From the NCBI GenBank assembly GCA_035363115.1, contig DAOSEM010000001.1:335356-399355 (forward strand): a DNA stretch of 64,000 nt, in the 5' to 3' direction. Shown piece by piece: positions 1-9,039 of the stretch (the first letter of the stretch is position 1; each line of letters opens with the position of its first letter). This stretch comes from Syntrophales bacterium. Lineage in GTDB: Bacteria; Desulfobacterota; Syntrophia; Syntrophales; PHBD01. The notes beneath the pieces are model-generated. The model was not told where the DNA came from. It saw nothing but the letters and a program-made list of their open reading frames with translations, and searched no databases. The position numbers and the translations under genes were made by a program.

Positions 1-264
1 GTAATAGTCCAGGTTGTAGAACAGGACGTAGCCGAGGCGGCCGCCGAGGATCAGGCCCAGGATGATCCAGATGAATAGGTCCTGGATTGTTTCCGGCGTG
101 TAGGGGTATTTTTCCTGCCGGATTCTCCGGACCACCAGGAAATAGGTGAGGCCGAAGGCCACCAGATACATCAGGCTGTACCAGCGGAGCTGGAAGGACC
201 CGATCTGGAAGAGGAAAGGACTGATGTGGCTGGGAAGGTCCGCCCAGCCGGCCGGATGGTCCAT
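1..264 (-). CDS. lgt: prolipoprotein diacylglyceryl transferase, N-terminal 88 codons (gene continues beyond the left edge)
   Basis: Own reverse-complement translation from ATG at 264: MDHPAGWADLPSHISPFLFQIGSFQLRWYSLMYLVAFGLTYFLVVRR...LGGRLGYVLFYNLDYY. This matches the Lgt N-terminus pattern (..WYGLMYLVGF...GGRIGYVLFYN). It is absent from the ORF track because there is no stop in the window. Confidence 0.8.
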   Translation of the reverse strand, partial: MDHPAGWADLPSHISPFLFQIGSFQLRWYSLMYLVAFGLTYFLVVRRIRQEKYPYTPETIQDLFIWIILGLILGGRLGYVLFYNLDYY

Positions 265-438
265 GAGGTCTGCTTTCTCCCGCCTGCATCCCTGTGAAGC
301 CGGCGGTGTCTGAGGGATTGTCCTTGTACGGCGGGTTGCCCTTCGGGAGACCCGACTGACGCCGCCGTTGGCACACGGGCAGTCTCTTATCACAGCGGGT
401 GGTCCCTGTGCAACGGAAGTCCTTGAAACCGGGGTGTA

Positions 439-467
439 TTGACAGGGGGCGGCGCCTTCTGTATCGT
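439..467 (+). promoter_or_regulatory. candidate sigma-70 promoter of the DJ-1/PfpI gene
   Basis: TTGACA (439-444), 17 nt spacer, TATCGT (462-467), about 100 nt upstream of ATG 568. Motif match only. Confidence 0.3.
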
Positions 468-567
468 GGCTCCGGCCGGGGCGGAGCGGACCGCAGCCGT
501 CCGGGCGCATTCCGCCGCGCGGCGCCCGGTCCCGATTCCGGGTTGCCTGCATCGAAAAGGAGGCCTT

Positions 568-1197
568 ATGAAGTGGGGGATCCTGGTGTTTCCGAACGTC
601 GAGGAGCTGGATTTCGCAGGTCCCTGGGAGATCCTCGGCATGTGGGGCAAGTTCGCCGGGGGGCCCGACACCCGGCTGATTGTCGCCGAGACATCCGGAC
701 CGGTCACCTGCGCCAAAGGCCTGACCGTCCTCCCGCACGTATCTTTCGCGGACTGCCCGCCACTGGATGGTCTCCTCGTCCCCGGGGGCGAGGGAACGCG
801 CCGGGAGGTCGATAATCCGGCCCTGATCGACTTCATCGCCGCGCAGGCGAAATCGTGCCGGGCCATCCTCTCGGTCTGCACCGGCTCCTTCCTGCTGCAT
901 CGAGCCGGTCTCCTGAGCGACCGGAAGGCGACGACCCATTGGAGCTCCCTGGAGCGGCTGCGGAAACTGGGAGACGTGCTCGTCGAGGAAGAGCGGTTCA
1001 CCCGCGATGGCAACGTCTGGACCGCCGCCGGCGTGTCCGCCGGGATCGACATGATGCTCGCCTTTATCGCCGAGACGGCGGGGGAGCAGGCCGCGGGCGT
1101 CGCCCAGTTCGCCGCCGAGTATTACCCGCTCTGCCGCTCTTATGGAGACTCTCATATGCGCCCGGAAGCACCGGCGTATTTGAAAAGAAAGCGCTGA
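568..1197 (+). CDS. DJ-1/PfpI family protein (ThiJ-like glutamine amidotransferase-like fold)
   Basis: [24 protein letters not shown]...[15 protein letters not shown] (nucleophile-elbow Cys)...ATTHW. The start was moved to ATG 568, which is preceded by AAAGGAGG. Confidence 0.85.
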   Translation: MKWGILVFPNVEELDFAGPWEILGMWGKFAGGPDTRLIVAETSGPVTCAKGLTVLPHVSFADCPPLDGLLVPGGEGTRREVDNPALIDFIAAQAKSCRAILSVCTGSFLLHRAGLLSDRKATTHWSSLERLRKLGDVLVEEERFTRDGNVWTAAGVSAGIDMMLAFIAETAGEQAAGVAQFAAEYYPLCRSYGDSHMRPEAPAYLKRKR

Positions 1198-1318
1198 GAC
1201 GGGCGGGCGGCGGCCGTCGCCGGGATCGCCCGGCGTGGTCATATCCATCCATCATTCACGGCATGCAGCAGCCGGCTCGTTGAAGCACGCCGCTGGAATG
1301 CATGCCCCGGGGGACCGT

Positions 1319-1651
1319 ATGAAGCAGTGGGTATTTCTCTCGATCGCCATTGTGAGCGAGGTGGTGGCCACCTCGGCCCTGAAAAGCAGCGAGGGCTTCA
1401 CGAGGCTTCTGCCGTCGCTGCTTGTTGTTGCGGGCTACGGCGCCGCTTTCTATTTCCTGTCCCTGACGCTTCGGACGATTCCGGTGGGGATTGCCTATGC
1501 GGTGTGGTCGGGGGTCGGCATGGTGCTCATTTCCGTGGTGGCCTGGCTTTTCCTGGACCAGAAGCTCGACGCCCCGGCGATTGCAGGAATCGTCCTGATT
1601 GCGGCGGGGGTTGTTGTCATGAACGTATGTTCGAAAACGGTGGTGCATTAG
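1319..1651 (+). CDS. SMR family multidrug efflux transporter (EmrE/QacE-like, about 110 aa, 4 TM)
   Basis: [27 protein letters not shown]...[26 protein letters not shown]. The conserved membrane Glu (SEV) and the length are typical of SMR pumps. Confidence 0.85.
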   Translation: MKQWVFLSIAIVSEVVATSALKSSEGFTRLLPSLLVVAGYGAAFYFLSLTLRTIPVGIAYAVWSGVGMVLISVVAWLFLDQKLDAPAIAGIVLIAAGVVVMNVCSKTVVH

Positions 1652-1780
1652 GCGGCTGTTGAAAACGGGCCGTCTGCGTCGTTCCCCTCGCCCTTCGCCA
1701 TTCGACGTACAAACAAGTACGCCTTGTGGCTCAGGCCATCGGGAGCCTCGCATCCGACCCCTTTTGAACAGCCTGGGAAG
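1652..1780. repeat. intergenic structured repeat, full-length copy A
   Basis: Begins 1 nt after the SMR stop codon. It shares blocks GGCCGTCTGCGTCGTT(C/G)CCCT, TTCGACGTAC and CTTTTGAAC(A/G)GCCTGG with copies at 1793 and 5281. The termini GGCTGTTGAAAAC (1654-1666) and CTTTTGAACAGCC (1761-1773) are 11/13 complementary. Confidence 0.7.
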
Positions 1781-1792
1781 GTACTTGACAGT

Positions 1793-1835
1793 GCGGCTGT
1801 TGAAAAGGGGCCGTCTGCGTCGTTCCCCTTTCAAT
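1793..1835. repeat. intergenic structured repeat, truncated copy B (5' arm only)
   Basis: 1793-1829 is 36/37 identical to 1652-1688. It folds as TTGAAAAGGGG-N14-CCCCTTTCAA. Confidence 0.7.
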
Positions 1836-1852
1836 GGAGGTCTTCGCAGCGT

Positions 1853-2272
1853 ATGGAAAGCCGTTTCCGGGATTACAATCTGGCCCTCTTCTCGGGTGGG
1901 CGCCGGATTTTCACATCGATGGGGAAGGGGCTCCGGCCGCTGTTGGAGTGCCTGGACGCCTGCCGGGGTCTCCGGGACTGCGTGCTCCACGACAAGATCA
2001 TGGGGCTGGCGGCGGCCCGGCTGGCGGCGGACTCGGGGATCGTGCGGGAGATCGTGTCCCGGACGGCCTCGGAGCCGGCAGCGCGCTTCCTGGAAAGGAG
2101 GGGGCTCCCGCTGGAGGTGGAGGAGACCGTTCCCGCCATCCTCACGCTGGATGGCGGCGCCGTCTGTCCCGGGGAGCGGATCGCCCTGGCCGTGGAAGAT
2201 CCGGTGCGGTTTGAAGCGGAGATCCGGGCCATGATCGCCTCCGGCTCGGCCGGGCGGCCCGCCGGTCAGTAG
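1853..2272 (+). CDS. DUF1893 (TM1506-like) domain protein
   Basis: MESRFRDYNLALFSGGRRIFTSMGKGLRPLLECLD...VLHDKIMGLAAARLA...AVCPGERIA resembles the DUF1893 pattern. The start was chosen at the in-frame ATG 1853, because the longer track ORF runs through the repeat. Confidence 0.65.
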   Translation: MESRFRDYNLALFSGGRRIFTSMGKGLRPLLECLDACRGLRDCVLHDKIMGLAAARLAADSGIVREIVSRTASEPAARFLERRGLPLEVEETVPAILTLDGGAVCPGERIALAVEDPVRFEAEIRAMIASGSAGRPAGQ

Positions 2273-3231
2273 GCCATGCCCTTGAGGTCCTCCACGTAGA
2301 GTTGGGCCGAGTAAGCCGCGACGGCGCCATCACCGCATGCGGTGATGACCTGCCGCAGTGGAGTCGCCGTGCAGTCCCCGCAGGCGAACAGGCCCGGCGC
2401 CGACGTCCGCATCGCCCGGTCCACCCGGACGGCCCCGTCGGGCCCCCGGTCGACCAGGTCCCGGACGAGGTCCGTGTTCGGGATCAGGCCCACGAAGAGG
2501 AAGACCCCCTCTGCCGGGATCTCGCGCTCCTCTCCCGTTTTCACGTCCCGGAGGCGGACGGCCTCCACAGTCTCCTTCCCGAGGATTTCCCGGACGACGG
2601 AGTTCCAGGCAAAGGCGATCTTCTCGTTGGCGAAGGCCCGGTCCTGGAGGATCCCCGTGGCGCGGAGACGGTCCCGCCGGTGGACCACGGTGACCTTCCC
2701 GGCAAAGTGGGTCAGGAACAGGGCCTCCTGGACGGCCGTGTTGCCTCCCCCGACGACGACCACCTCGCGGTTTCGGTAAAACGGCCCGTCGCAGGTGGCG
2801 CAGAAGGAGACTCCACGGCCGATGTACTGTTCCTCCCCCGGGACGCCGAGCCTCCTCCAGGAGGCCCCCGTAGCCAGGACAACCGACAGGGCATCGATCG
2901 TTTTCCCGCCCGCGCCGATCCGCCAGACCGGCAGGTCTCCCCGTCGGCCGGCTTCCAGAGACGTCGTGTCCTCGGACAGGATTTCCAGGCCGAACTGCAC
3001 CGCCTGCTTCTTCAGGCGTTCCACCAGGTCGAATCCGTTGATGCCCTCCGGAAACCCCGGATAGTTCTCGATCATGTCGGTGATGGTGATCTGGGAGACC
3101 GTGGAGGCTCCCTGGACCAGGATCGTCCGGAGGTTGGCCCGGGCGGCGTAGATGCCCGTCGTCAGGCCCGCCGGACCTCCACCGATGATGGCCACGTCGA
3201 AGTAATGATCCGGGTGCGCCGCTTCTGCCAT
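2266..3231 (-). CDS. trxB: thioredoxin-disulfide reductase
   Basis: FDVAIIGGGPAGLTTGIYAARA, redox-active CATCDG, second Rossmann VVVVGGGNTAVQEA. Start at MAEAAHPD (ATG 3231). Confidence 0.9.
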   Translation of the reverse strand: MAEAAHPDHYFDVAIIGGGPAGLTTGIYAARANLRTILVQGASTVSQITITDMIENYPGFPEGINGFDLVERLKKQAVQFGLEILSEDTTSLEAGRRGDLPVWRIGAGGKTIDALSVVLATGASWRRLGVPGEEQYIGRGVSFCATCDGPFYRNREVVVVGGGNTAVQEALFLTHFAGKVTVVHRRDRLRATGILQDRAFANEKIAFAWNSVVREILGKETVEAVRLRDVKTGEEREIPAEGVFLFVGLIPNTDLVRDLVDRGPDGAVRVDRAMRTSAPGLFACGDCTATPLRQVITACGDGAVAAYSAQLYVEDLKGMAY

Positions 3232-3317
3232 GGAAAGCCTCCTGCCCGCCGGTTGCGGAATGGTTTCCCATCCTTTAGACAATCGGACCGGCCGTGTCAA
3301 CGGGAGGCCTTTTTCCC

Positions 3318-3346
3318 TTGGCAACCAGGGGCGGGTGTGCTATGAA
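3318..3346 (+). promoter_or_regulatory. candidate sigma-70 promoter of yebC-ruvCAB
   Basis: TTGGCA (3318-3323), 17 nt spacer, TATGAA (3341-3346). Motif match only. Confidence 0.3.
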
Positions 3347-3410
3347 ACGGCGAATAAATCAGAATATTTATGGAACTTAATCCCTTCCGTTTCCAAGGAG
3401 AAAATCCCTT

Positions 3411-4157
3411 ATGTCCGGCCATTCCAAATGGAGCACCATCAAGCGGAAAAAAGGCGCCATCGACGCGAAGCGAGGCAAGATCTTCACGAAACTCGCCAAG
3501 GAGATCAGCCTGGCGGCCCGGCTCGGCGGCGGCGATCCCGAAGCGAACGCGCGGCTCCGCCAGGCGGTCATCGCCGCCCGGGACGAGAACATGCCCAAGG
3601 ACAACATCGAACGGGCCATCAAGAAAGGTACGGGCGAGCTGGGGTCGGTCAACTACGAGGAAGTCACCTATGAAGGGTACGGCCCCGGTGGCGTGGCGCT
3701 GATGGTGGAGATCATGACGGACAACAAGAACCGGACCGTGGCCGAGATCCGCCACATCCTCTCCAAGCATGGCGGGAACCTGGGGGAAAACGGCTGCGTC
3801 TCCTGGATCTTCTCGAAGCACGGCAGCATCCTGATCGAGAAGAAGCAGATCGGCGAGGACGAGCTCATGGAGCTGGCCCTGGAGGCCGGGGCGGAGGACG
3901 TCCGGGAGGAGGAGAACGAATTCGAGGTTCTCACCGATCCGCTGTCCTTCGAAGGCGTCCGGAAGGTCCTGCAGGAGAAGGGCCTGAAGTTCCTCGAGGC
4001 GAAGGTGACCATGATTCCCCAGAATCTCGTCAAGCTCGAAGGGAGCAAAGCGGAGCAGATGCTCAAGATGATGGAGAAGCTCGAGGACAACGACGACGTC
4101 CAGAACGTCTACGCGAATTTCGACATCGCCGATGACGTGATGGAAAAGATGAGCTGA
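3411..4157 (+). CDS. yebC: YebC/PmpR family DNA-binding transcriptional regulator
   Basis: [32 protein letters not shown] is the hallmark N-terminus. The position upstream of ruvC is conserved. Confidence 0.9.
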   Translation: MSGHSKWSTIKRKKGAIDAKRGKIFTKLAKEISLAARLGGGDPEANARLRQAVIAARDENMPKDNIERAIKKGTGELGSVNYEEVTYEGYGPGGVALMVEIMTDNKNRTVAEIRHILSKHGGNLGENGCVSWIFSKHGSILIEKKQIGEDELMELALEAGAEDVREEENEFEVLTDPLSFEGVRKVLQEKGLKFLEAKVTMIPQNLVKLEGSKAEQMLKMMEKLEDNDDVQNVYANFDIADDVMEKMS

Positions 4158-4182
4158 CCGGTTCCCGCGCTTCTCTTTCGGC

Positions 4183-4680
4183 ATGCGTCCGGATCATCCC
4201 TTGAGAATCCTCGGTATCGACCCCGGAAGCCACGTAACCGGGTACGGTGTGGTGGAGAAGCGGCGAGCCGGCCTTTCCTGCATCACCTTTGGCGAGATCC
4301 GCCCGCCTCGGGGGGCCTCTCTCACCAAGGCGCTTTCCGTCGTTTATGAAAGGATCGAAGGCCTGATCCGTGAATCCGCTCCGGACGTCATGGCCATCGA
4401 GGACATCTTTTTCGGAAAGAACGTCCGGAGCCTGATCCGCCAGGGGCACCTGAGGGGGATTGTCCTTCTCGCCGGGACCCACGGAGGGCTGCCGGTTTTT
4501 GAATACACCCCCCTGGAGATCAAGAAGGCCGTCGTCGGTTACGGCCGGGCGGAGAAAAGCCAGGTGCAGAGCATGGTGAGGGCGATCCTGAAACTCCCCG
4601 GGGAGGCGCCCGCGGATGCATCCGACGCCCTGGCGGCGGCCATCTGCCACGCCCATTTCGGAAAGGACGAAACGGTCTGA
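4183..4680 (+). CDS. ruvC: crossover junction endodeoxyribonuclease RuvC
   Basis: LRILGIDPGSHVTGYGVV...; about 165 aa; followed by ruvA. Confidence 0.9.
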   Translation: MRPDHPLRILGIDPGSHVTGYGVVEKRRAGLSCITFGEIRPPRGASLTKALSVVYERIEGLIRESAPDVMAIEDIFFGKNVRSLIRQGHLRGIVLLAGTHGGLPVFEYTPLEIKKAVVGYGRAEKSQVQSMVRAILKLPGEAPADASDALAAAICHAHFGKDETV

Positions 4681-5285
4681 TGATCGCCCGCATCCAGGGA
4701 ATTCTTCTCGAGAAATCGCTCAGCTCCGTCACCCTGGACGTCGGCGGCGTGGGATACCGCGTCTTCGTTCCCCTCACCGCCGTCTACAATCTTCCGGAGG
4801 CGGGCGAAAGGCTGGCCCTGCACATCCACACGCACGTGCGGGAGGATGCCATCCAGCTCTTCGGCTTTCCGGACCTCGCCCAGCGGGATCTCTTCCAGAT
4901 GATGATTGCGGTCAGCGGGATCGGTCCCCGCCTGGCCATGAACATCCTGTCGGGAATCACACCGGAGGACCTGGCGGCGGCCCTCTCCCGGGGGGACCTG
5001 GCCCGGCTGGTAAGGATCCCCGGTGTAGGGCGCAAGATGGCCGAGCGGATGGTCCTGGAACTGAAGGAGCGGATCCTCAAGGCCGGCTTCACGGCCGCGG
5101 CGGGACGCGGCGAGGCGCCGCCGGAAGCCGCGGGCATGGAGGACGACGTCCTCTCGGCGCTCCTGAATCTCGGGTACAAGGAAGCGGCGGCGAAGAGCGC
5201 TCTGGAGAAGGCTGCAAGAGAGGTCTCGGAGCCGGCGTCGCTGGACGGGCTCCTCAAGGGAGCTCTCAAGATCCTGTCAGGCTGA
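4680..5285 (+). CDS. ruvA: Holliday junction branch migration complex subunit RuvA
   Basis: MIARIQGILLEKSLSSVTLDVGGVGYRVFVP...IPGVGRKMAERM (HhH motifs). Confidence 0.9.
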   Translation: MIARIQGILLEKSLSSVTLDVGGVGYRVFVPLTAVYNLPEAGERLALHIHTHVREDAIQLFGFPDLAQRDLFQMMIAVSGIGPRLAMNILSGITPEDLAAALSRGDLARLVRIPGVGRKMAERMVLELKERILKAGFTAAAGRGEAPPEAAGMEDDVLSALLNLGYKEAAAKSALEKAAREVSEPASLDGLLKGALKILSG

Positions 5286-5371
5286 TGAAAAATGGCCGTC
5301 TGCGTCGTTGCCCTTGTCATTAGCCGTTCGACGTACGGACAACGCTTTTGAACGGCCTGGAATGCATCAGC
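5281..5371. repeat. intergenic structured repeat, short copy C (between ruvA and ruvB)
   Basis: GCTGATGAAAAATGGCCGTCTGCGTCGTTGCCCTTGTCATTAGCCGTTCGACGTACGGACAACGCTTTTGAACGGCCTGGAATG aligns block-wise with copy A but lacks a 43-nt internal module. It is closed by GCTGATG (5281-5287) and CATCAGC (5365-5371). Confidence 0.7.
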
Positions 5372-5420
5372 GAATGGTCTGAGATTTGACAGGAAATGGG
5401 CCACTGCGGTTCCGCTTGGA

Positions 5421-6512
5421 GTGGAATTAACGGTGCCCGAGCAGGAAAGGACGATCCGGGTGGCGAAGAAGCGGAAAGAGGAAGCACCGGAAGAGAGAAA
5501 CCCGCTGGTTCATCCGGCGGTCCTGGAGGAGGACGCGGGGCTGGATGTGTCCCTGCGCCCCCGGAGCCTGGAAGAATACATCGGCCAGCCGAAAATTAAG
5601 GACAACCTCTCCCTCTTCATCCAGGCCGCCCGGGAGCGGGGCGAGGCCCTCGACCACGTACTCCTCTACGGTCCTCCCGGCCTCGGCAAGACAACCCTGG
5701 CCTATATCGTCGCCCGGGAGATGGGAGTGGACATCAAGGTGACCTCGGGTCCCGTCATCGAGCGGCCCGGGGATCTGGCGGCGATCCTCACGAACCTCCA
5801 CGACCAGGACGTCCTGTTCATCGACGAGATCCACCGCCTCTCCCACGTGGTCGAGGAAATATTATATCCGGCCATGGAGGACTACCACATCGATATCCTC
5901 ATCGGACAGGGGCCCTCCGCCCGCTCGATGAAGCTGGGTATCCCCCGGTTCACCCTGATCGGCGCCACCACGAAGGCGGGGTTGTTGACCTCCCCGCTCA
6001 GGGACCGGTTCGGCATGAGCTTCCGCTTCGATTTCTACAGCCCGGAGGAACTCGCGGTGATCATCCGGCGCTCCGCCGGGATCCTCTCCATCGCCATCGA
6101 CAACGGCGGTGCGGTGGAGCTGGCCCGCCGCTGCCGGGGCACCCCCCGGATCGCCAACCGGCTCCTCCGGCGCGTCCGGGACTATGCCCAGGTGAAGGCC
6201 CGGGGAAAGGTCGACCTGGAGGTGGTAGTCCGGGCCCTGGAGCTCTTCGAGGTGGACGGACGGGGATTCGATCACATGGACCGGCGGATCCTCCTGACCC
6301 TGATCGAGAAGTTCGGCGGCGGGCCCGTGGGCATCGACAGCCTGTCGTCGGCCATCGGGGAGGAGCGATCCACGCTGGAAGACGTCTATGAACCCTTCCT
6401 GGTTCAGGAAGGCTATATTCAGCGGACCGCCCGGGGAAGGCTGGCGACGAAAGCGGCCTATGACCACTTCGGAATGGCCTGGCCCGGGGCCCGCCAGGGG
6501 GAACTGCTATGA
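5421..6512 (+). CDS. ruvB: Holliday junction DNA helicase RuvB
   Basis: [16 protein letters not shown], Walker [18 protein letters not shown]. The start is uncertain: GTG 5421, or GTG 5460 preceded by AGGAAAGG. Confidence 0.9.
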   Translation: MELTVPEQERTIRVAKKRKEEAPEERNPLVHPAVLEEDAGLDVSLRPRSLEEYIGQPKIKDNLSLFIQAARERGEALDHVLLYGPPGLGKTTLAYIVAREMGVDIKVTSGPVIERPGDLAAILTNLHDQDVLFIDEIHRLSHVVEEILYPAMEDYHIDILIGQGPSARSMKLGIPRFTLIGATTKAGLLTSPLRDRFGMSFRFDFYSPEELAVIIRRSAGILSIAIDNGGAVELARRCRGTPRIANRLLRRVRDYAQVKARGKVDLEVVVRALELFEVDGRGFDHMDRRILLTLIEKFGGGPVGIDSLSSAIGEERSTLEDVYEPFLVQEGYIQRTARGRLATKAAYDHFGMAWPGARQGELL

Positions 6513-7105
6513 AAGTCCTGCTTCACATCTGCTGCGCCCCGTGCGCCATCGTCCCCGTGGGGGAACTCAGGGACGAGGGCCATGACGTCACGGGCATGTT
6601 CTTCAACCCCAACATCCACCCCTTCCAGGAACACCAGCGGCGCCTGGAGACCCTCCGGGAATATGCGGACATGGTTTCCTTGCCGGTCATCTGGCCCGAA
6701 GAGTATCCCCTGGAGGAGTACCTGCAGGCGGTGATTTCCCTGGGTACCGAACGGTGCACGCAGTGTTACCGGATCCGCCTGGAGCGGACAGCCGAGACCG
6801 CCCGGGCCGGAGGGTACGATGCCTTCACCTCCACCCTCCTTTACAGCCGGTACCAGCGGCATGAACAGATCCGGGAAGTCGCAGCGGAAATGAGCAGCAG
6901 GCACGGGGTTCCATTCCTTTACCGCGATTTCCGGGAGGGATGGCAGGAGGGGCTCCGGAAATCCCGTCACATGGGACTCTACCGCCAGCCCTATTGCGGC
7001 TGCATCTTCAGCGAGAAGGAGCGTTTCTATCGCCCGCCCAGAACGGCAAAGCACGCGGCTTCCCAGGAGCCGTCCGCCGACCGGATGCCTCCCGGATGCG
7101 GATGA
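6509..7105 (+). CDS. queH: epoxyqueuosine reductase QueH (DUF208)
   Basis: [13 protein letters not shown]...FFNPNIHP...RCxxCYxxRL...[20 protein letters not shown] overlap with the ruvB stop. Confidence 0.85.
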   Translation: MKVLLHICCAPCAIVPVGELRDEGHDVTGMFFNPNIHPFQEHQRRLETLREYADMVSLPVIWPEEYPLEEYLQAVISLGTERCTQCYRIRLERTAETARAGGYDAFTSTLLYSRYQRHEQIREVAAEMSSRHGVPFLYRDFREGWQEGLRKSRHMGLYRQPYCGCIFSEKERFYRPPRTAKHAASQEPSADRMPPGCG

Positions 7106-7355
7106 CGGTGTACCGGGGCATGCTTCCGGTTCCCGGGCCGTGCCCCGATACCCTGTTTCATGCTGATGGCCGCCTCTGTGTTCTTATCGACACACCCGGT
7201 ACGGATATCCGTTCCGGCAGGCTCGGAAATGGTTCCCATTAAGGGCTCAATATGAGGGGTCATTTTAAACCACCACCCTGTTTTTCGTCAGGGCAGGGGG
7301 GCATGGTGCAGAACTTGCTTTTTAATGCTCCATCACATCGGGAATCGCGGGTTTT

Positions 7356-8288
7356 ATGCATTTACAAAGAACCATAAACGACGAAATCTATTGTAATAGT
7401 ACGGGCTTGCACTCGGGGCGGAAAGTCTCCATGACGATCCGGCCCGCCCTGGTGGACGAGGGGATTGTGTTCATTCGCAAGGATATCCCCTCCGGATACC
7501 GGATTCAGGCGGACTATAACAACGTGGCGGATACGACCCTTGCCACGACCCTCGGAACCAATGGCGCGAGCATTTCCACGGTGGAGCACCTCCTGTCGGC
7601 CTTCTCGGGCATGGGGGTCGACAATGCGATCGTGGAAGTGAACGCCCCGGAAGTGCCCATCATGGACGGCAGCGCCCTGCCCTTCGTCGAGATGCTCAAA
7701 GGGGTGGGAACCCGGACCCAGGGCAAGTACAAGAAAGTCCTGGTGGTTCGCCGGGAGGTTTCGGTCTCGGACGGGGTGGGGACGGCCATGTTCCTGCCGG
7801 CGCCGGAATTCAAAATCACGTATAAAATCGATTTCAAGCACCCCATTATCGGACAGCAGTCCCATTCCATGACCTTCACCGACGAGTGCTACGAGCGGGA
7901 CATCTGCCCCGCACGCACCTTCGGCTTCCTTCGGGACGTTGAATACCTGCAGGCCCGGGGACTCGCCCTGGGCGGCTCCCTGGGGAACGCCGTCGTTCTG
8001 GACGATGAACGTGTCCTGAACAAGGAGGGCCTCCGCTTCCCGGACGAGTTCGTGAAACACAAGATCCTGGACGCCATTGGAGACCTGGCACTCCTGGGGA
8101 TGCCCATCATCGGCCACTTTGTGGCGTACAAGTCCGGTCACAAAATGAACAACCTCCTCCTGAAGGAACTGATGTCCCGGGAGGAAAACCGGGAGATCAT
8201 CGACCACCCGACCGCAGAGGCCGCGCCGGAGCGGTTCCGGTCGCTGCGAATTCCGGCCTTTCGGGTTCTCGATGCGGCCCGGGCTTGA
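7356..8288 (+). CDS. lpxC: UDP-3-O-acyl-N-acetylglucosamine deacetylase
   Basis: TGLHSGRKVSMTIRPA...STVEHLLSAFSGMGVDN...FVKHKILDAIGDLALLG (HKxxD zinc motif). Confidence 0.9.
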   Translation: MHLQRTINDEIYCNSTGLHSGRKVSMTIRPALVDEGIVFIRKDIPSGYRIQADYNNVADTTLATTLGTNGASISTVEHLLSAFSGMGVDNAIVEVNAPEVPIMDGSALPFVEMLKGVGTRTQGKYKKVLVVRREVSVSDGVGTAMFLPAPEFKITYKIDFKHPIIGQQSHSMTFTDECYERDICPARTFGFLRDVEYLQARGLALGGSLGNAVVLDDERVLNKEGLRFPDEFVKHKILDAIGDLALLGMPIIGHFVAYKSGHKMNNLLLKELMSREENREIIDHPTAEAAPERFRSLRIPAFRVLDAARA

Positions 8289-8350
8289 TCGGGCTTAGAA
8301 AATACCAATCTTCCCGCCTTGTTGTAGCTTCCGTGATCCATATCTGGAGC

Positions 8351-8379
8351 TTGCAATTTCCGTGACAGTTCCTTAGAAT
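8351..8379 (+). promoter_or_regulatory. candidate sigma-70 promoter of the DUF4390-ntrY-ntrX-like operon
   Basis: TTGCAA (8351-8356), exactly 17 nt spacer, TAGAAT (8374-8379). This is the best sigma-70-like match in the window. Confidence 0.45.
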
Positions 8380-8469
8380 CCCTTTTTGCTTTCCAGGCGG
8401 ACAGGTTTTTGAAGGTTTCGAAAACCTGTTTCGTCCGGGGGAGAATGCTTGCACCGGGGAAAGACATCC

Positions 8470-9039
8470 ATGAAAAAAACCAGTTTGTTTGCATCGGCCG
8501 TCCTGATCCTGCTCACGGCCGTCATGGCTACGGCCGCAGCGACGTCGAAGCCGTACATCCGGGATATCCTCGTAACCACAAAAGGAGAACAGGTTCTTCT
8601 TTACGGAAAGGTCACCAACGGCTTCACCCCGGAGATGAACGCGGAGATTATGGCCGGGTTCCCCGTCCGGTTCACGTTTTATGCCGGCGTCTACCAGGAT
8701 CGTTCCTTCTGGTTCGACCGTCGGCTCTCGGAAATCGAGGTCAACCGGACGCTCAAGTACGATAACCTGAAGAAGACCTTCCTGGTTGCCTCCGACGGCA
8801 CCCCCGAGCCCGCCGTTTTCCAGACCCTGGGAGAGGCAAGGTCCGCCATGTCCGACCTGAACGGGTTCTCCGTCGGCTCGGTGAAGTCGCTTGCCAAGAA
8901 CACGGAATATTACCTGAAGGTGATGGCCAAGCTGGACCGGGTGCAGCTTCCGCTCCGGCTGGAATACGTCTTTCTGTTCGTCTCCCTGTGGGATCTGGAG
9001 ACGCCCTGGCACACGTACAGGTTCATCTATCGCGAATGA
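8470..9039 (+). CDS. DUF4390 domain protein (periplasmic partner commonly encoded upstream of NtrY-like kinases)
   Basis: Signal peptide MKKTSLFASAVLILLTAVMATAAA, then YIRDILVTTKGEQVLLYGKVTNGFTPEM...; its stop overlaps the kinase ATG (ATGA). Confidence 0.7.
   Translation: MKKTSLFASAVLILLTAVMATAAATSKPYIRDILVTTKGEQVLLYGKVTNGFTPEMNAEIMAGFPVRFTFYAGVYQDRSFWFDRRLSEIEVNRTLKYDNLKKTFLVASDGTPEPAVFQTLGEARSAMSDLNGFSVGSVKSLAKNTEYYLKVMAKLDRVQLPLRLEYVFLFVSLWDLETPWHTYRFIYRE

Noticed and set aside
1256-2234. ORFs 1659-2234 (+) and 1256-1990 (-) spanning the repeats, with a recurring GRLRRSP peptide
   Set aside because: The recurring peptide is just the translated DNA repeat. The third copy at 5281 is in a different frame context and the frames are not conserved between copies, so the repeat is non-coding.
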